The notes beneath the pieces are model-generated. The model did no database searches, had not been told where the DNA came from, and saw only the letters and a list, made by a program, of their open reading frames with translations. This document shows positions 23,837-32,915 of a stretch of DNA of 52,660 bases, one piece after another. A program made the translations under genes and the position numbers. The first letter of the stretch is position 1, and each line of letters starts with the position of its first letter. The DNA comes from a virus: the IMG/VR virus record IMGVR_UViG_3300045988_079011, one strand, 5' to 3'.

Positions 23837-26800
23837 GTAAACCTGTAGAAGTTGAATTTTTGATGAAGGATAACCTCACGCCCGGCATGAACAAGGCCGA
23901 GCGTGAGGCATTGGAACTGCGTAATACAGTCAGACTGCTGGAGGCTGAACTGGAAAGGCTGCGCCTTGCCGGGGAAACAGCTGCTCCCAATATGGACCAG
24001 AGCGCCAATATCGCGCAGATCCATGCACTGGAGAAGCAGCTTGAGGAATTGCGCGGCAAACTGAAACTGCTGCAGGAGGAATCGGAATCCGTGCAGGTCA
24101 CCCCTGCAGATGTACCCAACGCGCAGCGCCAGTTCAACGGGCTTCACAACAGTATCCAGCAGATCGCCCGTGAAATGCCTTCTTTGGCCATGGGACCGCA
24201 GATGTTCTTCCTGGCAATCAGCAACAACCTGCCGATTTTTACGGACGAACTGGCCCGTGCCCGCAAGGAATACGATGAGCTGCAGAAGTCCGGCAAGAAG
24301 GGCACACCGGTATGGAAGCAGGTCCTGTCCTCGCTCTTTTCCTGGCAGACGGCCATGACCACCGGCATCATGCTGCTGGTAATGTACGGTGATGAAATCT
24401 GGGATTGGACGAAAAACCTGTTCAGTGCCAAAAAAGGCGTGGATGAATTCAACATATCACTCAAGGAAATGACCGAGATAGAGAAGGACGGCCGTGCCCA
24501 GATGGTGCGTACCCGCTTCGAACTGAAATCGGTCATCGATGAAATAAAGAACTTCACCGGCAGCAAGGAACAGGAAAAGGCGAAGGTGGAGGAACTGAAC
24601 CGCAAGTACGGGGAATCTTTCGGGTATTATAAAACACTTTCCGAATGGTATGATACCCTTATCCAAAAGAGCGAGGACTATGTACAGGTTCTGCTGCACC
24701 AGGCCAATGTCCAGAATCTTGTAAAAAAAGCTGCAGAAGCCGATGAAGAGGTGAATAAAATCAAGGCGCAGAAACCGGAAGAGGCGGAAAGCGCCATGGG
24801 CTTTTTCGGGAAATGGGGACAATATATCATACAGTCAAGCATGGCAGAATCCGGGCAGTTCTATGACGCACAGGCTACCATCAAGAAACATGATCAGGAA
24901 GCTTATGACATACTGTTGAAAAATGCCGAAAACAAACGTGACGGTTATCTGAAAAAAGCGGAGGAAGAGGTAAAGAAAGCCGCAGAAGCAGCCAAAAAAG
25001 GAAATATCGGTGGGCATATCGACCCCAAGCAGTCCGGGAAGAATCCGGAAGCGGAAGCCAAGCAACGGCTTGCCACAGAGCGCAGGCTGGCGCAGGATCT
25101 TGCCGCCCTGCAGGCTGAAAACCGGAAGGAAGAGATAGACCGCATGCAAGCCGGTACCGAGAAGAAACTGGCACAAATCGAATATGACTATAACGCCCGG
25201 AAAGAAGAGATAAACCGGCAGGAAGCCGACTGGAAGCGTGAGAACAAGGAAGCCGGTCTTTCTACCGGAGATAACGGACTTACCCGGGAGCAACAGGATG
25301 AACTTGAAAAAGCCCGTGCCTCAAACACCGAGTCAAGGAAAAAAGCGGAGGCGGACGTGTACAGGGAAGAGGCGGAAGCCATGCGTGACTATCTGAAGGA
25401 ATACGGTACCTTCCAGCAGCAGAAACTGGCCATCGCTGAAGAATATGCCGAGAAAATCCGCAAGGCAGAGTCCCAGGGCGAAAGACTGACTTTGGAAAAG
25501 CAGCGTGATGCGGCTGTGCACAAAGTGGACATGGAATCCCTTACCCAGAAGATAGACTGGGGAGCAGCGTTCGGGGATTTAACCGGTCTGCTTGCAGACC
25601 AGATGAAGAACCTGCTTGGCGAACTTAAGCAGTATGTCAAGACGGATGAGTTCAAAAAAACGGGAGCCGCAGACCAGCAGGTCGTTTACGATGCCATTGA
25701 ACGTATTCAAAGCATGCTCCCCGGTGGCAACGGCACATTGGATTTTGCCCGGCTGCAAACGCAGATGCACGCTTTGGGGGATGCCGTAACACGCGTGCAA
25801 AATGCGGGACTGCAGCAGGAAGCGGCATTCGCCCGGTTAAAAGCAGCGCAGACCGATTACAACAAGGCTCTTGAAAGCGGTAACCAGGCAGAAATAGAAC
25901 GTACCAAAATCGCTCTTCAAATGGCCCAATCGTCCAGCGCTTCAGCTGATGAAGAATACCTGAACGCCACCTCTGAAATGAAGGCGCTTGCCGGGGAGGT
26001 GAAAAGTGCCTCCCAGGACACGGTTGACGGGTTGAACATGGTATCCAACGGGTTGCACGGCTTTGCGAGCGGAACCTTGCAGGGATCATTTGAAGGAATC
26101 CAGAACATGCTTACCGGTCTTTCAAAACTGAATATCGGAGGCAAGGTCGGTGATGCCATCAGTCAGATGTCCGAAACCCTGTCAAGTGCCGGAGTCATCG
26201 GGCAGATCATATCGGCCATTCTCTCCATACTGGATTTGCTGAAAGACGGTATTGGCCCGATTATCTCATCATTGATAGACACCATTTTCAATGCGATAAC
26301 CGGAATACTCGACAATATCCTCAGCGGAGACCTGTTCAAACAGATAGGCGGTTCCCTTGTGAAAGGTATTGGGGGATTGCTGAACACGGTGTCTTTCGGA
26401 GGTTTCAACAAACTGTTCGGCATCGGCGGGAACGCCAAGGAAGTGCAGGCGGCTATAGACCGTCTTACAGACCGGAACGAGCTGCTGCAGACCTCGATAG
26501 AGGATCTGACCGACACCATCAAGCAGAGCCAGGGGACGAAGAGTGTGGCGGCTTACCGCGACGCGTACAAGATGCAGCAGGAAACGAATTCGAACTACCT
26601 GCAGATGGCGATGGCGCAAGCCGGATACCACGGGAGCCATCACAGTTGGAACTACTACTGGGGCGGTTTCAGCCAGGCACAGATAGACAAGCTGAGCGGA
26701 CAGATCGGCCGCCGGTGGGACGGGAACCTGTGGAGCCTGAGCCCGGAGGAGATGAAGGCACTGCGTTCGAATGTGGACATGTGGACGCAAATCCAGAACA

Positions 26801-27480
26801 CCGGCAAGGGCGGCTATGGCGGGCGACTGACCGAGAAGCTGGATGACTACATAGCGCAGGCCGGCAAGCTGGAGGAACTGACCGACCAGCTGTATGAAGG
26901 TCTGACCGGTATTTCATTCGACGGGATGTACAGCAGCTTCATCGACAACCTGATGAACATGAAGTACGGTGCCAAGGATGCGGCAGAGGATATATCCGAG
27001 TACTTCATGCGGGCGATGCTGAGCAACAAGATCGGTGAGATGTACAGCGAAAAACTGAAAGGCTGGTGGGAGAAGTTCGGCAAGGCCATGGAGGACAACG
27101 AACTGACCGAGGCGGAACGGAACGCGCTGATGGAAGAGTACATGCAGTATATGGATGAAGCCCTTGCCCTGCGTGACAACCTGGCGGCAGCCACCGGTTA
27201 TGACAAGACGCAGCAGGGCGGTACGAGCCAAAGTGCGAAAGCGGGCGGCTTTACGGCCATGACGCAGGACCAGGGCACGAAGCTGGAGGGCATGTTCACC
27301 AGCGGGCTGCAGCACTGGAGCAGCATGGACGACCGGCTGGAAAGCGTGGTGGAGAAGATGGACACGGCCGAAGGCCACCTGGCCCGGATAGCCGAGAACA
27401 CCGGTGTGAGCGCCGGACACCTGGGCGAACTGAAGGAAGTGATAAAGAAAATGATACGTGACGGACTAAAAGTGAAGTGA
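23833..27480 (+). CDS. Tail tape measure protein
   Basis: 1215 aa with long coiled-coil stretches and Gly-rich hydrophobic segments (ISAILSILDLLKDGIGPIISSLID). Canonical position. Confidence 0.9.
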   Translation: MSKPVEVEFLMKDNLTPGMNKAEREALELRNTVRLLEAELERLRLAGETAAPNMDQSANIAQIHALEKQLEELRGKLKLLQEESESVQVTPADVPNAQRQFNGLHNSIQQIAREMPSLAMGPQMFFLAISNNLPIFTDELARARKEYDELQKSGKKGTPVWKQVLSSLFSWQTAMTTGIMLLVMYGDEIWDWTKNLFSAKKGVDEFNISLKEMTEIEKDGRAQMVRTRFELKSVIDEIKNFTGSKEQEKAKVEELNRKYGESFGYYKTLSEWYDTLIQKSEDYVQVLLHQANVQNLVKKAAEADEEVNKIKAQKPEEAESAMGFFGKWGQYIIQSSMAESGQFYDAQATIKKHDQEAYDILLKNAENKRDGYLKKAEEEVKKAAEAAKKGNIGGHIDPKQSGKNPEAEAKQRLATERRLAQDLAALQAENRKEEIDRMQAGTEKKLAQIEYDYNARKEEINRQEADWKRENKEAGLSTGDNGLTREQQDELEKARASNTESRKKAEADVYREEAEAMRDYLKEYGTFQQQKLAIAEEYAEKIRKAESQGERLTLEKQRDAAVHKVDMESLTQKIDWGAAFGDLTGLLADQMKNLLGELKQYVKTDEFKKTGAADQQVVYDAIERIQSMLPGGNGTLDFARLQTQMHALGDAVTRVQNAGLQQEAAFARLKAAQTDYNKALESGNQAEIERTKIALQMAQSSSASADEEYLNATSEMKALAGEVKSASQDTVDGLNMVSNGLHGFASGTLQGSFEGIQNMLTGLSKLNIGGKVGDAISQMSETLSSAGVIGQIISAILSILDLLKDGIGPIISSLIDTIFNAITGILDNILSGDLFKQIGGSLVKGIGGLLNTVSFGGFNKLFGIGGNAKEVQAAIDRLTDRNELLQTSIEDLTDTIKQSQGTKSVAAYRDAYKMQQETNSNYLQMAMAQAGYHGSHHSWNYYWGGFSQAQIDKLSGQIGRRWDGNLWSLSPEEMKALRSNVDMWTQIQNTGKGGYGGRLTEKLDDYIAQAGKLEELTDQLYEGLTGISFDGMYSSFIDNLMNMKYGAKDAAEDISEYFMRAMLSNKIGEMYSEKLKGWWEKFGKAMEDNELTEAERNALMEEYMQYMDEALALRDNLAAATGYDKTQQGGTSQSAKAGGFTAMTQDQGTKLEGMFTSGLQHWSSMDDRLESVVEKMDTAEGHLARIAENTGVSAGHLGELKEVIKKMIRDGLKVK

Positions 27481-27481
27481 T

Positions 27482-27946
27482 ATGGGCAATATACTGAGCG
27501 GACTGGTGCTGGTGAACGGCACGGACATCTGGACGGAATACGGCGTGTTCCTGGTGGAAGACCGGCGCGGGGGCATGGAGAACCTGACGGCCATTCTGAC
27601 CCCGAGCAAGGCCAAGAAGGATACTGCCGTGGACATACGGGAAGAGCACGGGGAAAAATACAGCGCCGTGCTGACCCCACGGAATGAGGCGCGTGACGTG
27701 ACGCTGCACTTTGCCCTGTATAACAAGACCAAAGCCGGATGGATGAAGCAGTACTTTGCCTTCGTGAATTTCCTGAAGCAAGGGAAGGACGGCTGGCTGG
27801 ACATCCGTTTCCCCCAGCTGGACCTGGAGCTGCGTGTGAAGTATGCCGACTGCACGAAGTTCACCCCGCTGACCTATCTGTGGACGGAAGGCGTCCATGC
27901 CGGAAAGTTCAAGGTGAAGTTCCGGGAACCGAACCCGATTATATAA
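27482..27946 (+). CDS. Distal tail protein-like
   Basis: 154 aa, directly after the tape measure. Confidence 0.5.
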   Translation: MGNILSGLVLVNGTDIWTEYGVFLVEDRRGGMENLTAILTPSKAKKDTAVDIREEHGEKYSAVLTPRNEARDVTLHFALYNKTKAGWMKQYFAFVNFLKQGKDGWLDIRFPQLDLELRVKYADCTKFTPLTYLWTEGVHAGKFKVKFREPNPII

Positions 27947-27967
27947 CCATTTAAATGACGCTCAAAT

Positions 27968-30900
27968 ATGCTTCTAACGATATATGACAAAGCCGGGAAC
28001 AAGCGTGCGGATGTGGCCGTGAACGACAGCTCGACGCAAAGCAAGGAAGTGCAGGGAGACAATGTGCTTTCCCTGTCGTTCAGCTATTATGCCTTCGTGC
28101 CCCTGGATGTGAACGACTACACGGACTATCAGGGCGAACGGTACCGGCTGACGGAACGCTACACGCCGAAGCAGGTGAGCGAGGGTGAATGGGAGTATAA
28201 CCTGAAGCTGTACGGTATCGAGAGCCTGATCAAGCGGTTCCTGGTGCTGGAGACGACGGACGGGGACACCAATCCCCTGTTTACCCTGACGGCCACGCCC
28301 CGCGAGCATGTGGCGATGGTGGTGAAGGCTATCAATGACGGCATGGGCCACATTACTGACTGGAAGACGGGTACGGTGGAAGGTACGAAGCTGATCACGA
28401 TAGACTACGAGGGGATGTACTGCGACGAAGCGCTGAAAGCCATCGCGGAAAAGGCAGGCGGCAAGGTGGAATGGTGGGTTGAGGGGCAGACTGTGAACGT
28501 GTGCCGCTGCGAACACGGGGAAGAAATCACCCTTGGCTATGGCAAGGGGCTGACCTCCCTGGAAAGAGATACGAGCAACACGGCCAAATTCTATACGCGT
28601 CTGTTCCCGGTAGGCTCGACCCGCAACATCGATGCGGAGAAATACGGCAGCCCGCGTCTGATGCTCCCCGGCGGAAAGAAGTACATCGAGCAGGGCGTGG
28701 ATGAATACGGCATCTATGACCATTACGAGCAGGAAGCCTTCAGTGACATTTATCCCCACCGGGTGGGTACGGTCAGTTCGGTACGCAGCGAGGAGGTAAC
28801 GGACGATGAAGGGAACAAATTCACCATCTATTACTTCCGGGACGGGGAACTGAACTTTGACCCCAACCTGTACGAGCTGGCCGGAGAAACCAAACGCGTG
28901 TCGTTCCAGACGGGCGACCTGACCGGACTGGGAGAAAGCGATGACCACTACTTTGAGGTGAACTACGACAGTGCGGCGAGGGAATTTGAACTGATTACCA
29001 TCTGGCCCTATGATGACGGCACCCAGCTGCCGGGCGGCAAGCTGGTGCCCCGAGCAGGCGACACCTATATCCTGTGGAATATCCGTATGCCGGATGAGTA
29101 TTACCGGATGGCCGAAGAGGAATTTGCGGCAGCGGTTGAGGAGTACAACCGGGACCACTGGCTGGACATTGCCGCCTACAAAGCCCCGACAGACCCGGTG
29201 TATATGGAGGAGCACGGCATCGACCTGTTTGTGGGCAGACGGGTGAAGCTGGAGAGCCGGAAGTATTTCCCGGAAAAAGGCTACCGGCAGAGCCGTATCA
29301 CCAAAATCAGCCGCAAGGTGAACGAACCCGGACAGATGGACATCGAGATAAGCGATGCGCTGCAGGTGGGCAAGTTCGACAAGGTGACGGACAGCATCGG
29401 TGCGTTGAAATGCTATACGAAATCAAAGACGGAAGGCGCTGCCCTTCCGGACATCATACGAAGCTGGGACAAGACGCTGCCCACGGACAACAACCTGTTT
29501 TCCGCCCGGCGCAGCCAGAAAGAGTTTCTGAATAAGAGCAAGCCGGACACAGCCAAAGAGCCCATCCGCTTTTTGAAGGGTGTGACCTTCGGCGAGGCTA
29601 CCGGCGGCAAGCCCTGCGGCAGCGTGGACGGTGAGGGCAATGCCGAGTATCTGACTGCCGTGATCCGCGAACTGCTGCGCAGTACGGAGTTTGTGGACGG
29701 GCTGACCGGTGAGGGCTGGCAGCTGTGGATTGACCAGCTGACGGGACTGACGAACCTGACGGTGGACAAAGTGACTGCCCGGCAAAGTCTGGTGGCGCTG
29801 GAACTGCTGATTGAGCAGGTGCGCAGCGTGTGCGGCCAGCTGGTGGTGTCGGCAGCCAACGGCAAGATCAAGGACGTGGTGAAGCAGGGTGACAACTACC
29901 GCATCCTGTTTGAGCAGGAATCGGGCTTTGTGGCTCATGACCTGATGCGCTGTGCGGTTACGGGTGGCAAGAAATTAAAAGCATACTGGGTGGAGGTGGC
30001 CTCGGTGATAGCCGGCGGGGTGATGGTTCCGGTAAGCGAGTTTGGCGGGGTGAAGCCGGAGGCGGGCGATGAGTGCGTGCTGATGGGCAACACGGAAAAC
30101 CCGCTCCGGCAGAACCTTATATCCATTGCGGCCACGGAGGACGGGCAGCCCCGTATCGACATCCTGGACGGTGTGAAGGCCAAAAACTTCAACGGCTGCC
30201 TGCGCTGTCGGCTGGGTAAGCTGGACGGCATCAGGAGCAGCGCTTTCCCGGCAGACAACCAACCGAAGGGAAACGGTCTGTATGCTGACAACGTGTGGCT
30301 GAAGGGTACGTTTGTGCTGATGACCGGCGAGGACATATTGACACGCTTTGAGATAACCGAAGGCAAAATCCATTCAGCTGTGGAAGGCTTGCGCAAGGAA
30401 ATACGCGAAGACCAGAGTTATCTGGACAACAGCAGTTTTGCCGACGGCATGGACAAATGGAAGACGGGCAGCAAGGCTACGCTGTTCACCCTGGGCGGAC
30501 GCTGGATCTGGGCGAACGGCGGTCCTTACGGAACGAAGCCGGACGGGCATGTCGAGATACGGACCGACGGCAAAGTGCCTTATGCTTATATCCGGAACAA
30601 TTACATCATGCAAAGGCTGAAAGACTTCCGCCTGGTACCGGAGTACCGGCAGACGAACAGCCAGGGTGAACGGGTTCCCGGCGTGGTGTATCTGTCGTTC
30701 AGCTACCGAGTCATCAAGGCCGGAAGGCTGAAAATCGAATTTGTGGGTGCTGACAAGACCGGGTTTGAGAACTTCAACCTGTTCGGCCATGAAGAAGACC
30801 TGCCCGTGGGCGGTGAGAAGATGTTCACGCTGGACGGACTTTGGAACGGTACGGGAGACTTCAAGCTGTCGTTTACGGGCGTGATTTACATATCGCTGCT

Positions 30901-31663
30901 GGTATTCTCTACCAACAAGGCAGACGCACTGGCCTATAAGTACCGCACACTGTTCGAGCAGAGCGACCGGCTGGTGAAGATTTCAGCGGCGGTATTTGAC
31001 AAGGACGGTGAAGCATTGAAAGAAACCGGACTGGTGGTGAAGCCGGAAGGTGCCGGGCTGTATGCCCAGGATGCCAGCGGCAAGGTGGCCCTTATCGGGG
31101 TCAGTGTGGAAGATACGGACGAATACGGCAAGCCCGTGAGCAAAATCAAGCTGACCGCTGACCATATACAGCTGGAGGGACTGGTGACAGCCAACGGCAA
31201 TTTCAAGATACTGGAAGACGGGAGCATGGAATGCCGGAATGCATCTGTATATGGAAAAATATTTGTTGAGGACGGAGGAAAGGTAGGAACATTTACAGTT
31301 GAAAGGAATTGTATGCTTTGGAGTAATGGAGATGCTGAAATTCGATTGGGATATGACGGCTATTGGACCGGAGATACCTGCATCTATGCTAAGGCAAACA
31401 ATTTTAGTAATGCAATCATGGGTATTGCTCCATTTGGTGGAGCAGGTATTTATGGAAGTTGTCGTGAGAAGCCTACTTATCCTGACAAATATACATTTTC
31501 AGCAGGATATTTCGATGGCGATGTGTTGGTGCATTCCGGTAATATTCTGGTGAGTGGTGGTGTGGTACAAGCTGATAAAATGCTTCCTCAAAATGGTTGG
31601 TCTGGGCGATTCAAGGGTAAAACAGTAGAAGTACAGAATGGAATTATCATTAACGTGTCATAA
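27968..31663 (+). CDS. Tal-like tail tip / host-specificity protein
   Basis: 1231 aa. The N-terminus (IYDKAGNKRADV...NVLSLSFSYY...YTDYQGERYRL) resembles the prophage tail endopeptidase/Tal N-terminal domain. The last ~140 aa are compositionally distinct. Confidence 0.7.
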   Translation: MLLTIYDKAGNKRADVAVNDSSTQSKEVQGDNVLSLSFSYYAFVPLDVNDYTDYQGERYRLTERYTPKQVSEGEWEYNLKLYGIESLIKRFLVLETTDGDTNPLFTLTATPREHVAMVVKAINDGMGHITDWKTGTVEGTKLITIDYEGMYCDEALKAIAEKAGGKVEWWVEGQTVNVCRCEHGEEITLGYGKGLTSLERDTSNTAKFYTRLFPVGSTRNIDAEKYGSPRLMLPGGKKYIEQGVDEYGIYDHYEQEAFSDIYPHRVGTVSSVRSEEVTDDEGNKFTIYYFRDGELNFDPNLYELAGETKRVSFQTGDLTGLGESDDHYFEVNYDSAAREFELITIWPYDDGTQLPGGKLVPRAGDTYILWNIRMPDEYYRMAEEEFAAAVEEYNRDHWLDIAAYKAPTDPVYMEEHGIDLFVGRRVKLESRKYFPEKGYRQSRITKISRKVNEPGQMDIEISDALQVGKFDKVTDSIGALKCYTKSKTEGAALPDIIRSWDKTLPTDNNLFSARRSQKEFLNKSKPDTAKEPIRFLKGVTFGEATGGKPCGSVDGEGNAEYLTAVIRELLRSTEFVDGLTGEGWQLWIDQLTGLTNLTVDKVTARQSLVALELLIEQVRSVCGQLVVSAANGKIKDVVKQGDNYRILFEQESGFVAHDLMRCAVTGGKKLKAYWVEVASVIAGGVMVPVSEFGGVKPEAGDECVLMGNTENPLRQNLISIAATEDGQPRIDILDGVKAKNFNGCLRCRLGKLDGIRSSAFPADNQPKGNGLYADNVWLKGTFVLMTGEDILTRFEITEGKIHSAVEGLRKEIREDQSYLDNSSFADGMDKWKTGSKATLFTLGGRWIWANGGPYGTKPDGHVEIRTDGKVPYAYIRNNYIMQRLKDFRLVPEYRQTNSQGERVPGVVYLSFSYRVIKAGRLKIEFVGADKTGFENFNLFGHEEDLPVGGEKMFTLDGLWNGTGDFKLSFTGVIYISLLVFSTNKADALAYKYRTLFEQSDRLVKISAAVFDKDGEALKETGLVVKPEGAGLYAQDASGKVALIGVSVEDTDEYGKPVSKIKLTADHIQLEGLVTANGNFKILEDGSMECRNASVYGKIFVEDGGKVGTFTVERNCMLWSNGDAEIRLGYDGYWTGDTCIYAKANNFSNAIMGIAPFGGAGIYGSCREKPTYPDKYTFSAGYFDGDVLVHSGNILVSGGVVQADKMLPQNGWSGRFKGKTVEVQNGIIINVS

Positions 31664-31675
31664 AAATGAATAGTT

Positions 31676-31981
31676 ATGAAGGTGAATTTTAACAAGACGT
31701 TTAAGGATTATAGAGGGAATGACCTCATAGTCGGTGGAAAAGTCCAGCTGATGACAGATATTATAGCCCAATGCCTTTTTAATGGGGAAGGTGCTCGATC
31801 ATCCGGTGATTCTAATAAGGATAGCAGCCGTAAAATCCATTCGTATGAATTGTGCATGCGTCTCATACAGGCAAACGGGGATTTATCCATCAGTGCTGAG
31901 GATGCTATACTTATAAAAGAGTCTGTAATCGGGCTAACCCCAGGATGTTATTCACAGATCGTAAAATTGATAGATGAATAG
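31676..31981 (+). CDS. Hypothetical protein in the low-GC islet
   Basis: 101-aa ORF, AT-richer than its neighbours. Confidence 0.5.
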   Translation: MKVNFNKTFKDYRGNDLIVGGKVQLMTDIIAQCLFNGEGARSSGDSNKDSSRKIHSYELCMRLIQANGDLSISAEDAILIKESVIGLTPGCYSQIVKLIDE

Positions 31982-32699
31982 ATTTATGGCAGAAATGACG
32001 CAAGAAGAAATGGTTCAGGAAGTGCTGGACCGTGTGCTCCAGTCCTCTACCGGTGTGGAGGATTTGGAAACTGTTACCTCGCTGAACGGTGTGAAATCAC
32101 TGCCCGGCGAGAAGGACGGCAAGATGGTGATCGTCCCCCTGGAACTGATAGGGAAACCTGCGAGCGATGCCGCCGCCCGTGCCGAGGCTGCCGCCAAGAA
32201 AGCGGAAGGAGCCGTAGCCGGACTGGAGGAAAAGACCCAGGCCGCCACGGAAGCCGCTACCAAGGCCAACGAAGCGGCAGCCAAGGCAGAAAATGCCGCT
32301 GCCAAGGTGGAACAGACTACGGCAGCAGCCGTCGGCGGGGCTACTGTACGCTTTTCATCATGGATGGAAACAGGCAACGTTTTACCTGACAAAAGTACCA
32401 AGCCGGGCGGCAGCGTGGTGTATGTGGCCGGTGCCGGGAAATTTGCCTACCACATGGACTCCACCCTGTACGGGGACTGGGACGTGGCGGGAGTACCCCC
32501 TGCCGGCATGTTCATGAATGCGGACCGGACAGCCATCCTGCCGGACAAGCTTTACCTGCTGGGCGATGCCGTATATACCGGAACAGAAGGCCGCCTGAGA
32601 CTACTTTCCTACCGGCATGAGGTGATGAGCGGGGATGCTTACGAAGCACTGCCGGACAAGGATGAGAATACGCTGTATCTGATTTATGAGGAGGAGTGA
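31974..32699 (+). CDS. Ala-rich coiled-coil fibre-associated protein
   Basis: 241 aa. AAARAEAAAKKAEGAVAGLEEKTQAATEAATKANEAAAKAENAAAKVEQ. Confidence 0.55.
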   Translation: MNRFMAEMTQEEMVQEVLDRVLQSSTGVEDLETVTSLNGVKSLPGEKDGKMVIVPLELIGKPASDAAARAEAAAKKAEGAVAGLEEKTQAATEAATKANEAAAKAENAAAKVEQTTAAAVGGATVRFSSWMETGNVLPDKSTKPGGSVVYVAGAGKFAYHMDSTLYGDWDVAGVPPAGMFMNADRTAILPDKLYLLGDAVYTGTEGRLRLLSYRHEVMSGDAYEALPDKDENTLYLIYEEE

Positions 32700-32890
32700 C
32701 GATGATAACCATAGGCGGTAAGGAAATAACGGCTGCGTATGTGGGAAAACGTGCCCTGTCGGCTGTCTATGCCGGGGCAAGGCTGGTATGGTCCGCAATC
32801 AGCAGCTGTTTCGGACTTGGATACTGGAAAGGCGACGAGCCGTGGAACGGGTCGGACGCATGGAACGGTAGCAGTAAAACTGATAAATGA
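32696..32890 (+). CDS. Small hypothetical protein
   Basis: 64-aa ORF with an ATGA overlap to the upstream gene. Confidence 0.4.
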   Translation: MTMITIGGKEITAAYVGKRALSAVYAGARLVWSAISSCFGLGYWKGDEPWNGSDAWNGSSKTDK

Positions 32891-32915
32891 ATGATTATTA
32901 TAAAAGGAGAGTATT

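Noticed and set aside
22515-24137. 540-aa minus-strand ORF spanning the tail tube/chaperone region
   Set aside because: It is antisense to four well-supported, tightly coupled plus-strand genes. It is Arg/Ser/His/Pro-rich and low in complexity.
27974-29215. 413-aa minus-strand ORF
   Set aside because: It is antisense to the N-terminal part of the Tal-like protein and shows the same antisense-type composition.
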